A model generated the notes under the pieces. The model was not told the DNA's origin and made no database searches. It was given only the letters and a program-made list of their open reading frames with translations. Shown piece after piece: positions 9,939 through 19,413 of a stretch of 64,000 nt of DNA. Source of the DNA: Methanolinea sp. (lineage in GTDB: Archaea > Halobacteriota > Methanomicrobia > Methanomicrobiales > Methanospirillaceae); assembly GCA_018263335.1 (NCBI GenBank), contig JADFCY010000002.1, positions 36,249-100,248 on the forward strand, read 5' to 3'. Within the stretch, counting starts at the first letter, position 1. Every line of letters starts with the position of its first letter. Both the position numbers and the translations under genes were made by a program.

Positions 9939-10538
9939 ATGCGAACTCACATCGGACCCCAGATAGTTCTTTTCACGTTCACAGTCCTCATTGTGGCCGC
10001 AGCAGGGTGCACGGTCCCCTCTCCCTCCACCACCACTCCTCCCGGCACCAATGCTGCGACCGGAGCCCATCAGACCGGCGACGCGGCGTTCCTCTCCCTC
10101 TACGGTACCGCGCAATCTGATATCGCGGGTGCGCTTGAACGGATGAACCGTCATTTCCCGGTTGGCGCCGCGACCAGGAATGCCCCTTACCTCGCGGGTG
10201 AGCTGCGATCCTCTGCGCTTGATCTGAAGGCAACTGCCGACGCATACCACACTTCCATGATCAAGATCGGGTCTTTCCAGGAGAAAGAGAAGGAGTATGC
10301 GAGAAATGAATACCTGAAATACCTCTCCTCGATACGGAAGGTCGCGGGAAACACGGCCGATGCCGCGGGAGCTGAAATGGACCTCCAGTTCGGCCTTGCA
10401 CAGAATTATGCCGAGGCTGCCCGGAATGCCCTGAAAGATGCCGAAGAGACAGGAGGGACCGGTCACAGGGACCTCCTGAGGGCGACCGGAATATCCCTTG
10501 ATGACTACATCCAGAAGATGCGGGAGAAGAGGGTGTGA
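9939..10538 (+). CDS. hypothetical secreted or lipid-anchored helical protein
   Basis: ATG at 9939 within ORF 9879..10538. Signal peptide FTFTVLIVAAAGC, then a Pro/Thr linker and an Ala/Lys/Glu-rich helical body. Confidence 0.5.
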   Translation: MRTHIGPQIVLFTFTVLIVAAAGCTVPSPSTTTPPGTNAATGAHQTGDAAFLSLYGTAQSDIAGALERMNRHFPVGAATRNAPYLAGELRSSALDLKATADAYHTSMIKIGSFQEKEKEYARNEYLKYLSSIRKVAGNTADAAGAEMDLQFGLAQNYAEAARNALKDAEETGGTGHRDLLRATGISLDDYIQKMREKRV

Positions 10539-10587
10539 AGAGTGGTCCACCGGTGCAGTTGTCATGGCACAGGGTGAGTGAGCGCCG

Positions 10588-11520
10588 ATGATCCCTCCAC
10601 CGCGGATCCAGGCGGGTGAGCGATCCCAAGAAGAGCGCGGGAGGGGTGCTTCGAGACTGGGCACAGGGGCCATCTTCGCCCTGTTCCTTGTCCTCGCAGG
10701 TGTCCTGTCCGGATGCCTCACGCAGTCTCAGGGCCCCCGAACGGAAGAATCAGGAGGGAACTCCCCGCCGGTCACCCCCATCCCTTGCGGTGAGGATACG
10801 CTTGCCATCTCGGGGGTTACATGGGAACTCGTTGCCTACGACAGCGGGAGGCTCGCACAGGAGAGCATCATCCCTGGCAGCATCGTCACTGCCCGATTCG
10901 AGCGCGAGGGCATCGTGCATGGAAGTTCCGGCTGTAACCAGTACTGGGCGCCATACGAGGCTTCATCCGCCCGCCTCTCGATTGATGCCCCGCAAAGGAC
11001 GAATGCCATCTGCAATGCCCCGCCAGGAGTGCATTCCCAGGAATCGATGTACCTTGTCGATCTCGTGAAAGCGAGCACCTACAGGGTCGAGGGGGACTTT
11101 CTGTCCCTCTCCGACGCGAAAGGGAGGGCAGTCCTCCTCTTCAGGAAGGAGACCGTCCCGGAAGATGCCGCGTACATCTCGCGGGATACCTGGTACCTGA
11201 GGGCATCAAGGGACGATCGGGGGTCGATCGTCACGCTCCCAAACGGGGTTCTTGTGACCGCAAGGTTCCTTCATGGGAGAGTCTATGGTTTTTCGGGCTG
11301 CAACTGCTATGTTGCGCCGGCCCATGTCAGCGGCGCCGCTACCCGGATAGAAACCACCCTCGTGACCGATACGTGGTGCCGGAACGAGACCGTGATGGGA
11401 CACGAACGCCTCTTCTTTGGTCGAATGAAAGAGGTGGAGGCGTATGTGCCTGGCGATGATTCGCTCATCCTTGTGAACGGGAGGGGTGAGACACTCCTCG
11501 AGTTTTCTACACGCTCCTGA
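10588..11520 (+). CDS. lipobox protein with two tandem META (HslJ-like) domains
   Basis: 310 aa. Signal peptide ends in VLSGC. Two repeats carry the META pattern (TWELVAY...GSSGCNQYWAPYE and YLRAS...GFSGCNCYVAP). Confidence 0.65.
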   Translation: MIPPPRIQAGERSQEERGRGASRLGTGAIFALFLVLAGVLSGCLTQSQGPRTEESGGNSPPVTPIPCGEDTLAISGVTWELVAYDSGRLAQESIIPGSIVTARFEREGIVHGSSGCNQYWAPYEASSARLSIDAPQRTNAICNAPPGVHSQESMYLVDLVKASTYRVEGDFLSLSDAKGRAVLLFRKETVPEDAAYISRDTWYLRASRDDRGSIVTLPNGVLVTARFLHGRVYGFSGCNCYVAPAHVSGAATRIETTLVTDTWCRNETVMGHERLFFGRMKEVEAYVPGDDSLILVNGRGETLLEFSTRS

Positions 11521-11537
11521 ACCAGGGGAACCAGGGG
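11520..11537. repeat. tandem 9-nt duplication (aaccagggg x2)
   Basis: Read directly from the sequence, immediately after the stop codon of the META-domain gene. Confidence 0.6.
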
Positions 11538-11859
11538 ATACTCCCCCCTCTGCTGGCCCAGGGAAGGTCTCTTGTCCCCACGGTCTCACTATGTGGATTT
11601 CCCCCGCATTGCCTGCAAGAGTCCTGTATGAACCGTGACTAATTCCGATCGAGAGACTCCAAGGGATATTACGACCGGGAATCTTCCCATCTTATGCCTT
11701 GTACATCGCGCGGGGAACGATGAAATGCTGCCTCTTCACTTTTGAGCACGAGTGAACATTCCTGCCATGAGGATTCATCTGAATGGGATCGAAACTTCTC
11801 CCTGATCCCTGTTGAGAATATGAGAAGGCATGAGTGACACAGATGCTGCAGAAGACGGA

Positions 11860-11931
11860 TGCGCCGACCGGGACTCGAACCCGGGTTTAGGCGTTGGCAA
11901 CGCCTAGTGATAACCACTACACTATCGGCGC
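11860..11931 (-). tRNA. tRNA-Gly (anticodon GCC)
   Basis: The reverse complement folds as a 72-nt cloverleaf. Acceptor GCGCCGA/TCGGCGC plus discriminator A, anticodon arm AGGCG-TTGCCAA-CGCCT, T arm CCGGG-TTCGAGT-CCCGG. No encoded CCA and no intron. Confidence 0.9.
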
Positions 11932-12180
11932 AATTTTTGCTCTACACAATATGAGGTAATCGCTAATAAGGGTATCGAATTCCCGGTAAAACAGGCATAT
12001 GCTGCCTCTCCCCACGCAGGATCGGCAAATTACAGTGGCATCTCTCCTTCGATGGAATACCATCCGGGCGGGTTTGAGATGGTCTCTGTTCCATCTGATG
12101 GGACCCCCACGTTCGGGGCAACGATGAATGCAATGCGAGGCGACCTCCCGAAGTACAATTTTCACCCCGATTCCAACATC

Positions 12181-12192
12181 TTAATTAAAAAA
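12181..12192 (+). promoter_or_regulatory. TATA-like box upstream of the sirC-hem operon
   Basis: TTAATTAAAAAA ends about 20 nt before the sirC ATG (12213), consistent with a leaderless or very short-leader transcript. Confidence 0.3.
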
Positions 12193-12212
12193 GACAGGGT
12201 AGATCTATAGCA

Positions 12213-12836
12213 ATGATCCCCCTCCTGGTGGATTTTTCCAAAAAGACCGTGGTGATCTTCGGAGGTGGTGAGGTAGGGGCCCGGAAAGCTGCATACTTTG
12301 CTCCCGAAGCGAAGGTGCGTGTCTACAGCAGATCGTTCTCCCCTGCATTCTCAGGGTTGGATGTCGATCAGGAGCACGTTGACCTTCATGGCGCCGGAGA
12401 CGAGCGCCTCCGCTCACTCCTTGAGGGAGCGTTTCTCGCGGTTGCGGCAACCCCTGATCGCGAGCTGAACAACCGTATCGGTGAGCTGTGCCAGGAAAGG
12501 GGAATCCTCTTCAATAATGCCGACGGAATTTCCGGTGACCTCCTGATCCCCTCTGTCGTGAAGGGGGAGCGGTTCCTGCTGGCGGTAAGCACCGGAGGAT
12601 CGAGCCCGGCGATCTCTCGTTTCCTCCGCGAGTTCCTTGAGAAGTCTCTTCCGGACCTCGACCGGATGGTCGCCCTCCAGGAGAGGCTTCGGTCATACTT
12701 AAAAGAGTGCCAGCCTGACGTGGAAGCAAGAAAGGATGTGCTGTGGAAAGTACTTATGGACAGAGACGTGTGGGTTGCCCTTCACGGGGGCGAGACCTAT
12801 GCCTGGTCCATTATTGCCCGGAGGTACCTGCAATGA
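12213..12836 (+). CDS. sirC: precorrin-2 dehydrogenase / sirohydrochlorin ferrochelatase (siroheme synthase N-terminal-domain type)
   Basis: 207 aa. N-terminal Rossmann motif VVIFGGGEVGARKA. Size and position ahead of hemA match SirC/Met8/CysG-N proteins. Confidence 0.8.
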   Translation: MIPLLVDFSKKTVVIFGGGEVGARKAAYFAPEAKVRVYSRSFSPAFSGLDVDQEHVDLHGAGDERLRSLLEGAFLAVAATPDRELNNRIGELCQERGILFNNADGISGDLLIPSVVKGERFLLAVSTGGSSPAISRFLREFLEKSLPDLDRMVALQERLRSYLKECQPDVEARKDVLWKVLMDRDVWVALHGGETYAWSIIARRYLQ

Positions 12837-14116
12837 ACACGGCACCCTCCTGCCTCCTCACTCCTCTTGCCATCGCGGGTATCAGCCACCACACCGCAAC
12901 GGTAGACGTACTCGAGCAGGCGAGGTACCCTGATGAGCAGGCATTCCTGGAAAAAGCCCGTGACCGGTTCCGGGGGGTGATGCTCCTCCAGACCTGCAAC
13001 CGCGTGGAGATATTTGTCCATGGAGAAGCCGAGACGCTGGCCGCCTTTCTCCAGGAAGAAGGGCGGGGTGATTTTTCGATCCGCAGCGGGGTGGATGCCA
13101 TGCGCCACCTCCTCGAGCTTGCCTGCGGGATCGATTCGATGATCGTGGGGGAGGACCAGATCCTCGGCCAGCTCAAGAAGGCCCTCCAGCAGTCGAAGGA
13201 CGCGGGTTGCGCAAGCCCAGTGCTCGAGCTCTGCATCAACAAGGCGGTCCACGCAGGCATAGAGGCCAGGAGGCGGACGCAGATCAACAGGGGCGCCGTA
13301 TCGATCGGATCTGCCGCAGTGCTGCTTGCAGAAGAGCAGCTCGGCTCGCTCCAGGGAAAGCACATCCTCGTGATCGGGTCAGGGGAGATGGGCATGCTGG
13401 TTGCACAGGCACTTGCCGCAAAGGACCTCACTGCAATCTATGTCGCAAACAGGACCTATTCCCGGGCCGAGATCCTTGCAAAGAAGATAGGGGGCAGGGC
13501 GGTGAGGCTCGACGACCTCCCCCGCTACATGGTCCAGTCGGACGTGGTCATCTCCTGCACCTCTGCACCGCACCCGGTCATCCACTGCAATACCCTCCGA
13601 GACGTGATGAAGGCCCGCTGCTGGCCTCACGACAACACACCGAGGCCCCTCATCCTGATCGACATCGCGCAACCAAGGGACGTAGAGGAGGGTGCGGATG
13701 CGATCGCGGGGATCACCCTCTTCTCAATTGACAACCTCCGAAGGATCAACGAGATGACCATGCATGCCAGGAGGACGGAGGCCGAGAGGGCGAGGGCATT
13801 TCTGGATGGCGAACTGCTCCATTTTGTGAGGCTCCTCAACAGCAGGGCGGCTGACGATACCCTGGCCATCCTGCATACCTGGGCAGAGGCAATTCGCCTC
13901 AGGGAGCGGGACAGGGCGCTTGCAAGGCTCGGGGGAGGAGACATTCGGGCAAGGGAGATCATCGATGATCTCTCGAGGGTGCTCGTCAAGAAGATCCTCT
14001 CGGACGTGACAGTCTCAATCCGCCACTGCGCAGAGATGGGCGAACTCGAGTCAGCCGAATCGCTGGTATCCGCCATCACGAGAGGTGAGAATCTGTGTTT
14101 CCGCAACGAAGAATGA
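12833..14116 (+). CDS. hemA: glutamyl-tRNA reductase
   Basis: ATG at 12833; the ATGA overlaps the sirC stop. Catalytic motif LLQTCNRVEIF and NADPH motif VIGSGEMG. Confidence 0.93.
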   Translation: MNTAPSCLLTPLAIAGISHHTATVDVLEQARYPDEQAFLEKARDRFRGVMLLQTCNRVEIFVHGEAETLAAFLQEEGRGDFSIRSGVDAMRHLLELACGIDSMIVGEDQILGQLKKALQQSKDAGCASPVLELCINKAVHAGIEARRRTQINRGAVSIGSAAVLLAEEQLGSLQGKHILVIGSGEMGMLVAQALAAKDLTAIYVANRTYSRAEILAKKIGGRAVRLDDLPRYMVQSDVVISCTSAPHPVIHCNTLRDVMKARCWPHDNTPRPLILIDIAQPRDVEEGADAIAGITLFSIDNLRRINEMTMHARRTEAERARAFLDGELLHFVRLLNSRAADDTLAILHTWAEAIRLRERDRALARLGGGDIRAREIIDDLSRVLVKKILSDVTVSIRHCAEMGELESAESLVSAITRGENLCFRNEE

Positions 14117-15078
14117 GAAGACTCAGGAAAAGAATCATACAGCCCCTCCTCCGGGACCAGGCGCTGCAGAAGACAGACCTCGTTGCCCCGCTGTTCATCG
14201 ACGAGACTGCGTCATCGAGGAGGGCAATTCCCTCCATGCCTGGACAGTTCCGTTACCCCCCACGCGAGGCAGAGTCAGTCGCGAGGGATCTCTGGGACGC
14301 AGGGATCAGGGCCGTTTTGCTCTTTGGAGTACCGAAGGAGAAGGATGCACAGGCATCCAGTGCGTACGATCCGGACGGCGTGGTTCAGCGTGCGGTCAGG
14401 TCGATAAAAAATTCGGTCCCGGAGATGGTGGTGATCACGGACGTCTGTGCCTGCGAGTATACAGACCATGGACACTGCGGCATCGTGGGCGACACCCGTT
14501 GTGGAATCGATCTCCTGAATGACCCCTCGCTCGACGTCATGGACCGCATCGCGTTGAGCCATGCAGGGAGCGGGGCGGATGTGGTCGCACCATCCTGCAT
14601 GCTCGACGGGGTGGTCCAGTCCATACGTCACGCCCTTGACAGGGAGGGGTTTGAAGATGTCCTGATAATGTCATATTCGACCAAGTTTGCGAGCGCGCTC
14701 TACGGGCCATTCAGGGAAGCGGCGGACTCGGGCTTCCAGTTCGCGGACCGGACCACCTACCAGGTCCATCCCGGAAACACCCGGGAAGCAGTCATGGAGT
14801 CGATGCTCGACCTGGACGAGGGGGCGGATATCCTTATGGTGAAACCTGCAGGGTTCTACCTTGACATCCTGGCAGAGATACGCACACTCGGCATTCCGGT
14901 CGCAGCATACCAGGTGAGCGGGGAGTATGCAATGATAAAAGCCGCCGCAGAGAAGGGATGGATAAAAGAGAAGGAGGTGGTGATAGAGAGCCTCACCTGC
15001 ATCAAGCGTGCCGGGGCGGATCTTCTCATCACATACTTTGCACGGGACGTTGCGGGATGGCTTGATGAAGAGCAGTGA
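14095..15078 (+). CDS. hemB: porphobilinogen synthase (delta-aminolevulinate dehydratase)
   Basis: 327 aa. N-terminus [10 protein letters not shown], zinc motif [14 protein letters not shown], active-site MVKPA. GTG start at 14095; ATG at 14113 is the alternative. Confidence 0.93.
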   Translation: MFPQRRMRRLRKRIIQPLLRDQALQKTDLVAPLFIDETASSRRAIPSMPGQFRYPPREAESVARDLWDAGIRAVLLFGVPKEKDAQASSAYDPDGVVQRAVRSIKNSVPEMVVITDVCACEYTDHGHCGIVGDTRCGIDLLNDPSLDVMDRIALSHAGSGADVVAPSCMLDGVVQSIRHALDREGFEDVLIMSYSTKFASALYGPFREAADSGFQFADRTTYQVHPGNTREAVMESMLDLDEGADILMVKPAGFYLDILAEIRTLGIPVAAYQVSGEYAMIKAAAEKGWIKEKEVVIESLTCIKRAGADLLITYFARDVAGWLDEEQ

Positions 15079-16312
15079 ATTTTTCCAGGAGGCAAAGGCT
15101 CTGATGCCGGGAGGAGTAAGCAGCCCTGTCCGCGCGATCAGGCCCTACCCTTTCTACACACGCGAGGCTTCCGGATCGAGGATCACGACCGTGGACGCGG
15201 AGGAGCTGATTGACTGCTGCATGGGATACGGCCCACTGCTGCTCGGACATTCTCACCCGGCAATCCGGGCCGCCATAGAGGAACAGCTGAAAAAAGGGTG
15301 GCTTTTCGGGACTCCCACTCCCCTTGAGCCCGAGTACGCCTCCATTCTTGTCAGGGACCACCCCGGCCTCGACATGATACGGTTCGTCTCGAGCGGCTCC
15401 GAGGCCACGATGGCCGCGATCCGGCTGGCCCGGGGATTCTCCGGGAAGAACGAGATCGTAAAGGTAGAGGGAGGGTTCCACGGCGCCCATGATGGCGTGC
15501 TGGTTCAGGCCGGGTCCGGGGCCACGACGCTCGGCATCCCGGACTCGGCCGGTGTGCTCCCCGAAGTCGCCGCACGCACACGGCAGGTCCCCTACAACGA
15601 CCTGGACGCGCTCGAAGACCTCCTCACCCGGAGCAGGGACATCGCCGCATTCATCCTCGAGCCGGTGATGGGAAACATTGGCCCTATCCTGCCGGAGAAG
15701 GGATACCTTGCCGGGGTCCGCGAGATCACGAGGGCCCACGATGTCCTCCTCATCTTTGACGAAGTGATCACCGGGTACAGGGTGGGGATCGGGGGCGCAC
15801 AGGTCCGTTTTGGCGTCAGGCCTGACATCACGACCCTCGGGAAGGTCATCGGCGGGGGTCTTCCCATAGGCGCATTCGGGGGGAGGAGGGAGATCATGGA
15901 GATGGTCGCGCCCGCCGGACCGGTCTACAACGCAGGGACCTTCTCTGGTAACCCGCTCTCGCTTGCTGCAGGCAAGGCAACGATCGAATGGCTCCATGCA
16001 AACCAGGGGATCTACCGGACGCTCGAAGAGAAGACGGGAGTGATCGCCGAGGCCGTAGCCCCAACATGCTGCGGCACCATGGTCACTCTTGGGTCGATGT
16101 TCAAGTTCTTCTTCCGAAAAACCCCGCCGAGAGACTACGTCGAGGCAAAGGAGTGCGATACCGCCGCATTCCGGGATTTCTGGGAGAAGATGCTCGGCCA
16201 GGGGATATTCCTGCCGCCGTCACAGTTCGAGACCAACTTCCTCTCCGCGGCGCACAGCGACCGTGAGATCGACGCCATCTGCACGGCGTACAGGGCATGC
16301 CTCTCAAAATAG
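15065..16312 (+). CDS. hemL: glutamate-1-semialdehyde 2,1-aminomutase
   Basis: ATG at 15065 within ORF 15008..16312. Motifs [21 protein letters not shown] and the PLP-lysine region [11 protein letters not shown]. Confidence 0.93.
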   Translation: MKSSEFFQEAKALMPGGVSSPVRAIRPYPFYTREASGSRITTVDAEELIDCCMGYGPLLLGHSHPAIRAAIEEQLKKGWLFGTPTPLEPEYASILVRDHPGLDMIRFVSSGSEATMAAIRLARGFSGKNEIVKVEGGFHGAHDGVLVQAGSGATTLGIPDSAGVLPEVAARTRQVPYNDLDALEDLLTRSRDIAAFILEPVMGNIGPILPEKGYLAGVREITRAHDVLLIFDEVITGYRVGIGGAQVRFGVRPDITTLGKVIGGGLPIGAFGGRREIMEMVAPAGPVYNAGTFSGNPLSLAAGKATIEWLHANQGIYRTLEEKTGVIAEAVAPTCCGTMVTLGSMFKFFFRKTPPRDYVEAKECDTAAFRDFWEKMLGQGIFLPPSQFETNFLSAAHSDREIDAICTAYRACLSK

Positions 16313-17181
16313 GGACCAGGGGGAGTGCGCTTGCACTTGCCCAGGCAGACAGGGTCATCTCTCTCCTGGAAGATGCGGGAGTCGAATCAAAGAGAGTGAT
16401 CATCACCACCCACGGCGACACCGTGACGGGAGTCCCGCTGCACGAGATCGGGGGGCAGGGGGTCTTTGTCCGTGCACTTGACGACGCGATCCTCGAGGGG
16501 AGGATCGATGCAGCGGTGCACAGCATGAAGGATATCCCCGCGAAGAGGCCTCGGGGGCTCGTGACATGCGCGGTTCTCCCGCGGGACTCTCCCGCCGATT
16601 TCCTTGTGCACGCACAACAGTTCCAGAAGATCAGGAGTATAGGGACATCGAGTACAAGGAGGAAGGCCCAGCTCCTCATGCACCACCCTGACTGGAGAAT
16701 TGAGCCGCTCCGCGGGAACGTGGACACCCGCCTCAGGAAACTCCGGGAAGGAGCATACGATGGTGTTGTGCTGGCCGAGGCAGGTCTCCAGAGGCTTGGG
16801 CTCTGCGTCAAGGGAACGCGGCTTGCTCCAGAGATGTACATACCATCCCCGAACCAGGGAACGATTGCCGTCGTTGGCCGGGAGGGAGACGATGCTGCGC
16901 TGCTCGCGCACTTGCTGGACCACCCGGAAACCCGGAGGGACGTGACGTTCGAGCGGGTGGTGATGGAAGAGGTGGGAGGCGGGTGTTTCACCCCGCAGGG
17001 GGTGTATTGCAGGGCAGGGCATATCAGGGCAGAGATACTCTCGCTCGACGGGTGCAGGAGAGTGAGGAGGGAGGGATACCTCTCGTCGGCAGACGATGCC
17101 CGCGAGTTCGGGCAACTGCTCAGGAGAGATGCGTCTGGCCTGATACAGGAGGCATACATGAGACTGGGGCTGAAAGAATGA
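16297..17181 (+). CDS. hemC: hydroxymethylbilane synthase (porphobilinogen deaminase)
   Basis: 294 aa. N-terminal [14 protein letters not shown]; RGNVDTRL motif present. Confidence 0.93.
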   Translation: MPLKIGTRGSALALAQADRVISLLEDAGVESKRVIITTHGDTVTGVPLHEIGGQGVFVRALDDAILEGRIDAAVHSMKDIPAKRPRGLVTCAVLPRDSPADFLVHAQQFQKIRSIGTSSTRRKAQLLMHHPDWRIEPLRGNVDTRLRKLREGAYDGVVLAEAGLQRLGLCVKGTRLAPEMYIPSPNQGTIAVVGREGDDAALLAHLLDHPETRRDVTFERVVMEEVGGGCFTPQGVYCRAGHIRAEILSLDGCRRVRREGYLSSADDAREFGQLLRRDASGLIQEAYMRLGLKE

Positions 17182-17930
17182 CGGGAAAGGTATACCTTGT
17201 GGGTTCAGGCCCGGGGGGACTTGGGCTCCTCACCCTCCGGGCACGCGAAGTCATAGACCAGGCGGACGTAATCCTCTACGACCAGCTCCCCGGAGAAGAG
17301 GTCCTGGCAACCCTCCCGGAGAGGGCCGAGAAGATCGACTGCGGGAAGTTTGGAGGGAAGCACACCCTCGAGCAGGACGATATCGAGGCCCTGATGGTCG
17401 CTAAGGCAAGAGAAGGGAAGAAGGTCGTGCGGTTGAAGGGCGGCGACCCCTTCCTGTTCGGGAGGGGCGGCGAGGAGCTCGAGGTGATGAGAGAGCACGG
17501 GATCCCGGTCGAGCTCGTCTCAGGGGTCACGAGCGCCCTCGCGGTCCCTGGCGCGGTGGGAATCCCGCTCACCCACCGGAAATATGCCTCGCAGGTGACC
17601 ATCCTCACCGGCCACGAGGAGCCGGGGAAGGCTGAGTCCGGCCTCGACTGGGAGAACCTCGCGGGGAACCCGGGCACGCTTGTCATCCTGATGGGGGTGA
17701 AGAACATCCCCGATATCACACGGAGCCTCGTCGATCATGGCAAGAACCCCGATACGCCTGTTGCCATCATCGAGCGGGGCCTTCGCCCCGACCAGCGGGT
17801 GACCGTCGGCACGCTCCGGACGATCGCGGACATTGCGAAGTCGCGGAATGTACGGCCCCCGGCGATCATCGTCATTGGGGACGTGGTCCGGCTCTACAGG
17901 GAAGACGATCCAGGGCTCGTCCCGCTGTGA
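17178..17930 (+). CDS. cobA: uroporphyrinogen-III C-methyltransferase
   Basis: ATG at 17178; the ATGA overlaps the hemC stop. Motifs VYLVGSGPGGLGLLTLRA, RLKGGDPFLFGRGGEE, VSGVTSA. Confidence 0.9.
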   Translation: MTGKVYLVGSGPGGLGLLTLRAREVIDQADVILYDQLPGEEVLATLPERAEKIDCGKFGGKHTLEQDDIEALMVAKAREGKKVVRLKGGDPFLFGRGGEELEVMREHGIPVELVSGVTSALAVPGAVGIPLTHRKYASQVTILTGHEEPGKAESGLDWENLAGNPGTLVILMGVKNIPDITRSLVDHGKNPDTPVAIIERGLRPDQRVTVGTLRTIADIAKSRNVRPPAIIVIGDVVRLYREDDPGLVPL

Positions 17931-17939
17931 GAGGACCTA

Positions 17940-17947
17940 TTTTTTTT
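17940..17947 (+). terminator. T8 tract after cobA (putative archaeal terminator of the hem operon)
   Basis: TATTTTTTTTG begins 8 nt after the cobA stop codon. Confidence 0.35.
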
Positions 17948-18413
17948 GCTTCCTCGCTGTTGTATCCAGGGAGATTGAGTCGAGTGTGTTATCTCGCACA
18001 CCTATTCAGTTACTCCAAATGCCGCCGTTTCTTCCCATAAGTCGTGTCAAAACCGGTCAACGTGTACATGATGATCCATTGGTGACCGAAATGTCGCCGC
18101 GGATCGAGGGCGGTAGCCCCGCGGCATGTTCGCGGGCGGCGTGGGGAATCGCATTTGGGGGTGTGGGACCGGACGGCCCCCTTAAAATGTATCCGGTTCG
18201 TCAATCCTGTCCGTATCAGATAACGAAGAACCTTCCATTTTCTTTTGCAAAAGGAGTTCTGGCCATCCTCTGGTCCCATCCAAGGATAAAGGAAGGACAA
18301 TATGGATCGGGGCAGGTGCCCAAAGGATTAACAGTGTGAAGGGGGGACGGTCCGTATCGATACAAAGTCATGAGAAATCATCCAGATGAATATTGCAATA
18401 TATGGTGACCCAC

Positions 18414-18987
18414 ATGAATCTAAAATGGAGAATAATATCCTGCATCTGCCTGGTGATTGTGGTCTGTTTGCCGATGGTGTCGGCCGCGATACAGGTCCCG
18501 ACCACAAAATATCCGTTCAACAGGCCATCATTGGACCTGTGAAAAACGGCACAGGTTGCCCAATATACGCTTAAAAATATAGAATTATATCATGAGCTGC
18601 CCGATATTCAGGTATACGATTCCCAAAGACTCATCCGGAAGCCGGACTTTTCCGCTGTCACTATTGACCCCGCAATGCCCGGGACTACGAAAAGCGTCTT
18701 TGAGGGGTGGAGAATCCCCAGGTCCATACCATATTCCGAAATATACATCGCGAGAGAACACGCAACCGCGATTGCACTGGCACGATTCCCCGGTATTGAA
18801 CTCACGGAACCTATCAGGGCAACCCTGGAACGAATTGGTGCCCCTGCATTTCCGCTTGCAACAAACCCATGCTTGGGTAGTTGGAATTGCTGGCCTTGAT
18901 CCAGAAGTTTGGGGCACATCTTATGGGGGAATTGTCTTCATTGATGCGCTCACAGGAGAGGTTTTATATACGTTTTTCCTCATGTAA
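18414..18987 (+). pseudogene. decayed gene for a secreted PepSY-like protein (one in-frame TGA plus one frameshift)
   Basis: The ATG at 18414 opens a signal peptide (MNLKWRIISCICLVIVVCLPMVSA). The frame stays open to 18899 except for a TGA at 18540-18542. The C-terminal PepSY-like block (VVGIAGLDPEVWGTSYGGIVFIDALTGEVLY) continues in the +1 frame to 18987. Confidence 0.5.
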
Positions 18988-18991
18988 ATCC

Positions 18992-19001
18992 TTTTTTTTT
19001 T
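18992..19001 (+). terminator. T10 tract after the PepSY-like pseudogene
   Basis: CCTTTTTTTTTTGG lies 4 nt after the TAA at 18985-18987. Confidence 0.3.
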
Positions 19002-19185
19002 GGCACAATAGTCCTCGTTGACATCCACTCATGATGATCCTCCGGATTGGTGGTTTGTAAAAAATTATCGGTTCATTTGAATACCAAGTGGAGTGTCGGA
19101 CTTGGAATCAATTCTCTTCCCATGTTCTGAGTACCCGGTATATGCACCACAAAAAATTCAAATAACTAAGTGTATACAAATTATT

Positions 19186-19413
19186 ATGTCTACAAATTCA
19201 GTTTACAGCATCCGGATCGACTCCCGGGTCCGGAAGATGATTGACGAACTGGACGATCCCTCCTGGCAGGATGAGGTCCGTGCCTTCATCGAGCGCCTGG
19301 CCCGGGAGAAAAGGAAAGCCCAGCTCCTTGAAAGGGCGCGGAAACTGCACAAGGAGATGGAGGAGGGCTTGCCTGCCGCCGGGATCATCCGGGAGGACCG
19401 TGATGCACGATAG
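19186..19413 (+). CDS. vapB: VapB-type antitoxin
   Basis: ATG at 19186 within ORF 19093..19413. 75 aa, charged and helical, with its stop overlapping the PIN-domain gene start. AT-rich promoter-like sequence lies immediately upstream. Confidence 0.65.
   Translation: MSTNSVYSIRIDSRVRKMIDELDDPSWQDEVRAFIERLAREKRKAQLLERARKLHKEMEEGLPAAGIIREDRDAR

Noticed and set aside
11669-12165. Two 82-aa minus-strand ORFs flanking or overlapping tRNA-Gly.
   Set aside because: One overlaps the tRNA itself. Both are Arg/Cys/His-rich with no start context.
16101-17159. 352-aa minus-strand ORF antisense to hemC. Similar long antisense or out-of-frame ORFs occur at 15029..15997, 9888..10721, 20364..21236, 24219..25094, 33856..35049, 41543..42472 and 47755..47705-type frames.
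   Set aside because: Their translations are dominated by Arg, Pro, Ser, Gly and Cys with no motifs, as expected for shadow frames in GC-rich DNA. Each lies entirely opposite or inside a gene with strong family motifs.
18019-18339. 106-codon ORF (tail of 17833..18339) and the opposite 96-aa ORF 18010..18300 in the gap after cobA.
   Set aside because: No Shine-Dalgarno, no recognisable motif, mixed composition and mutual overlap. I treat the region as non-coding with a possible structured RNA.
18540-18542. In-frame TGA in the PepSY-like gene as a selenocysteine or read-through codon.
   Set aside because: The same gene also needs a frameshift near 18865. I saw no SECIS-like hairpin in the 3' region. 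To my knowledge selenoproteins are confined to Methanococcales and Methanopyrus among methanogens. A pseudogene is the simpler explanation.
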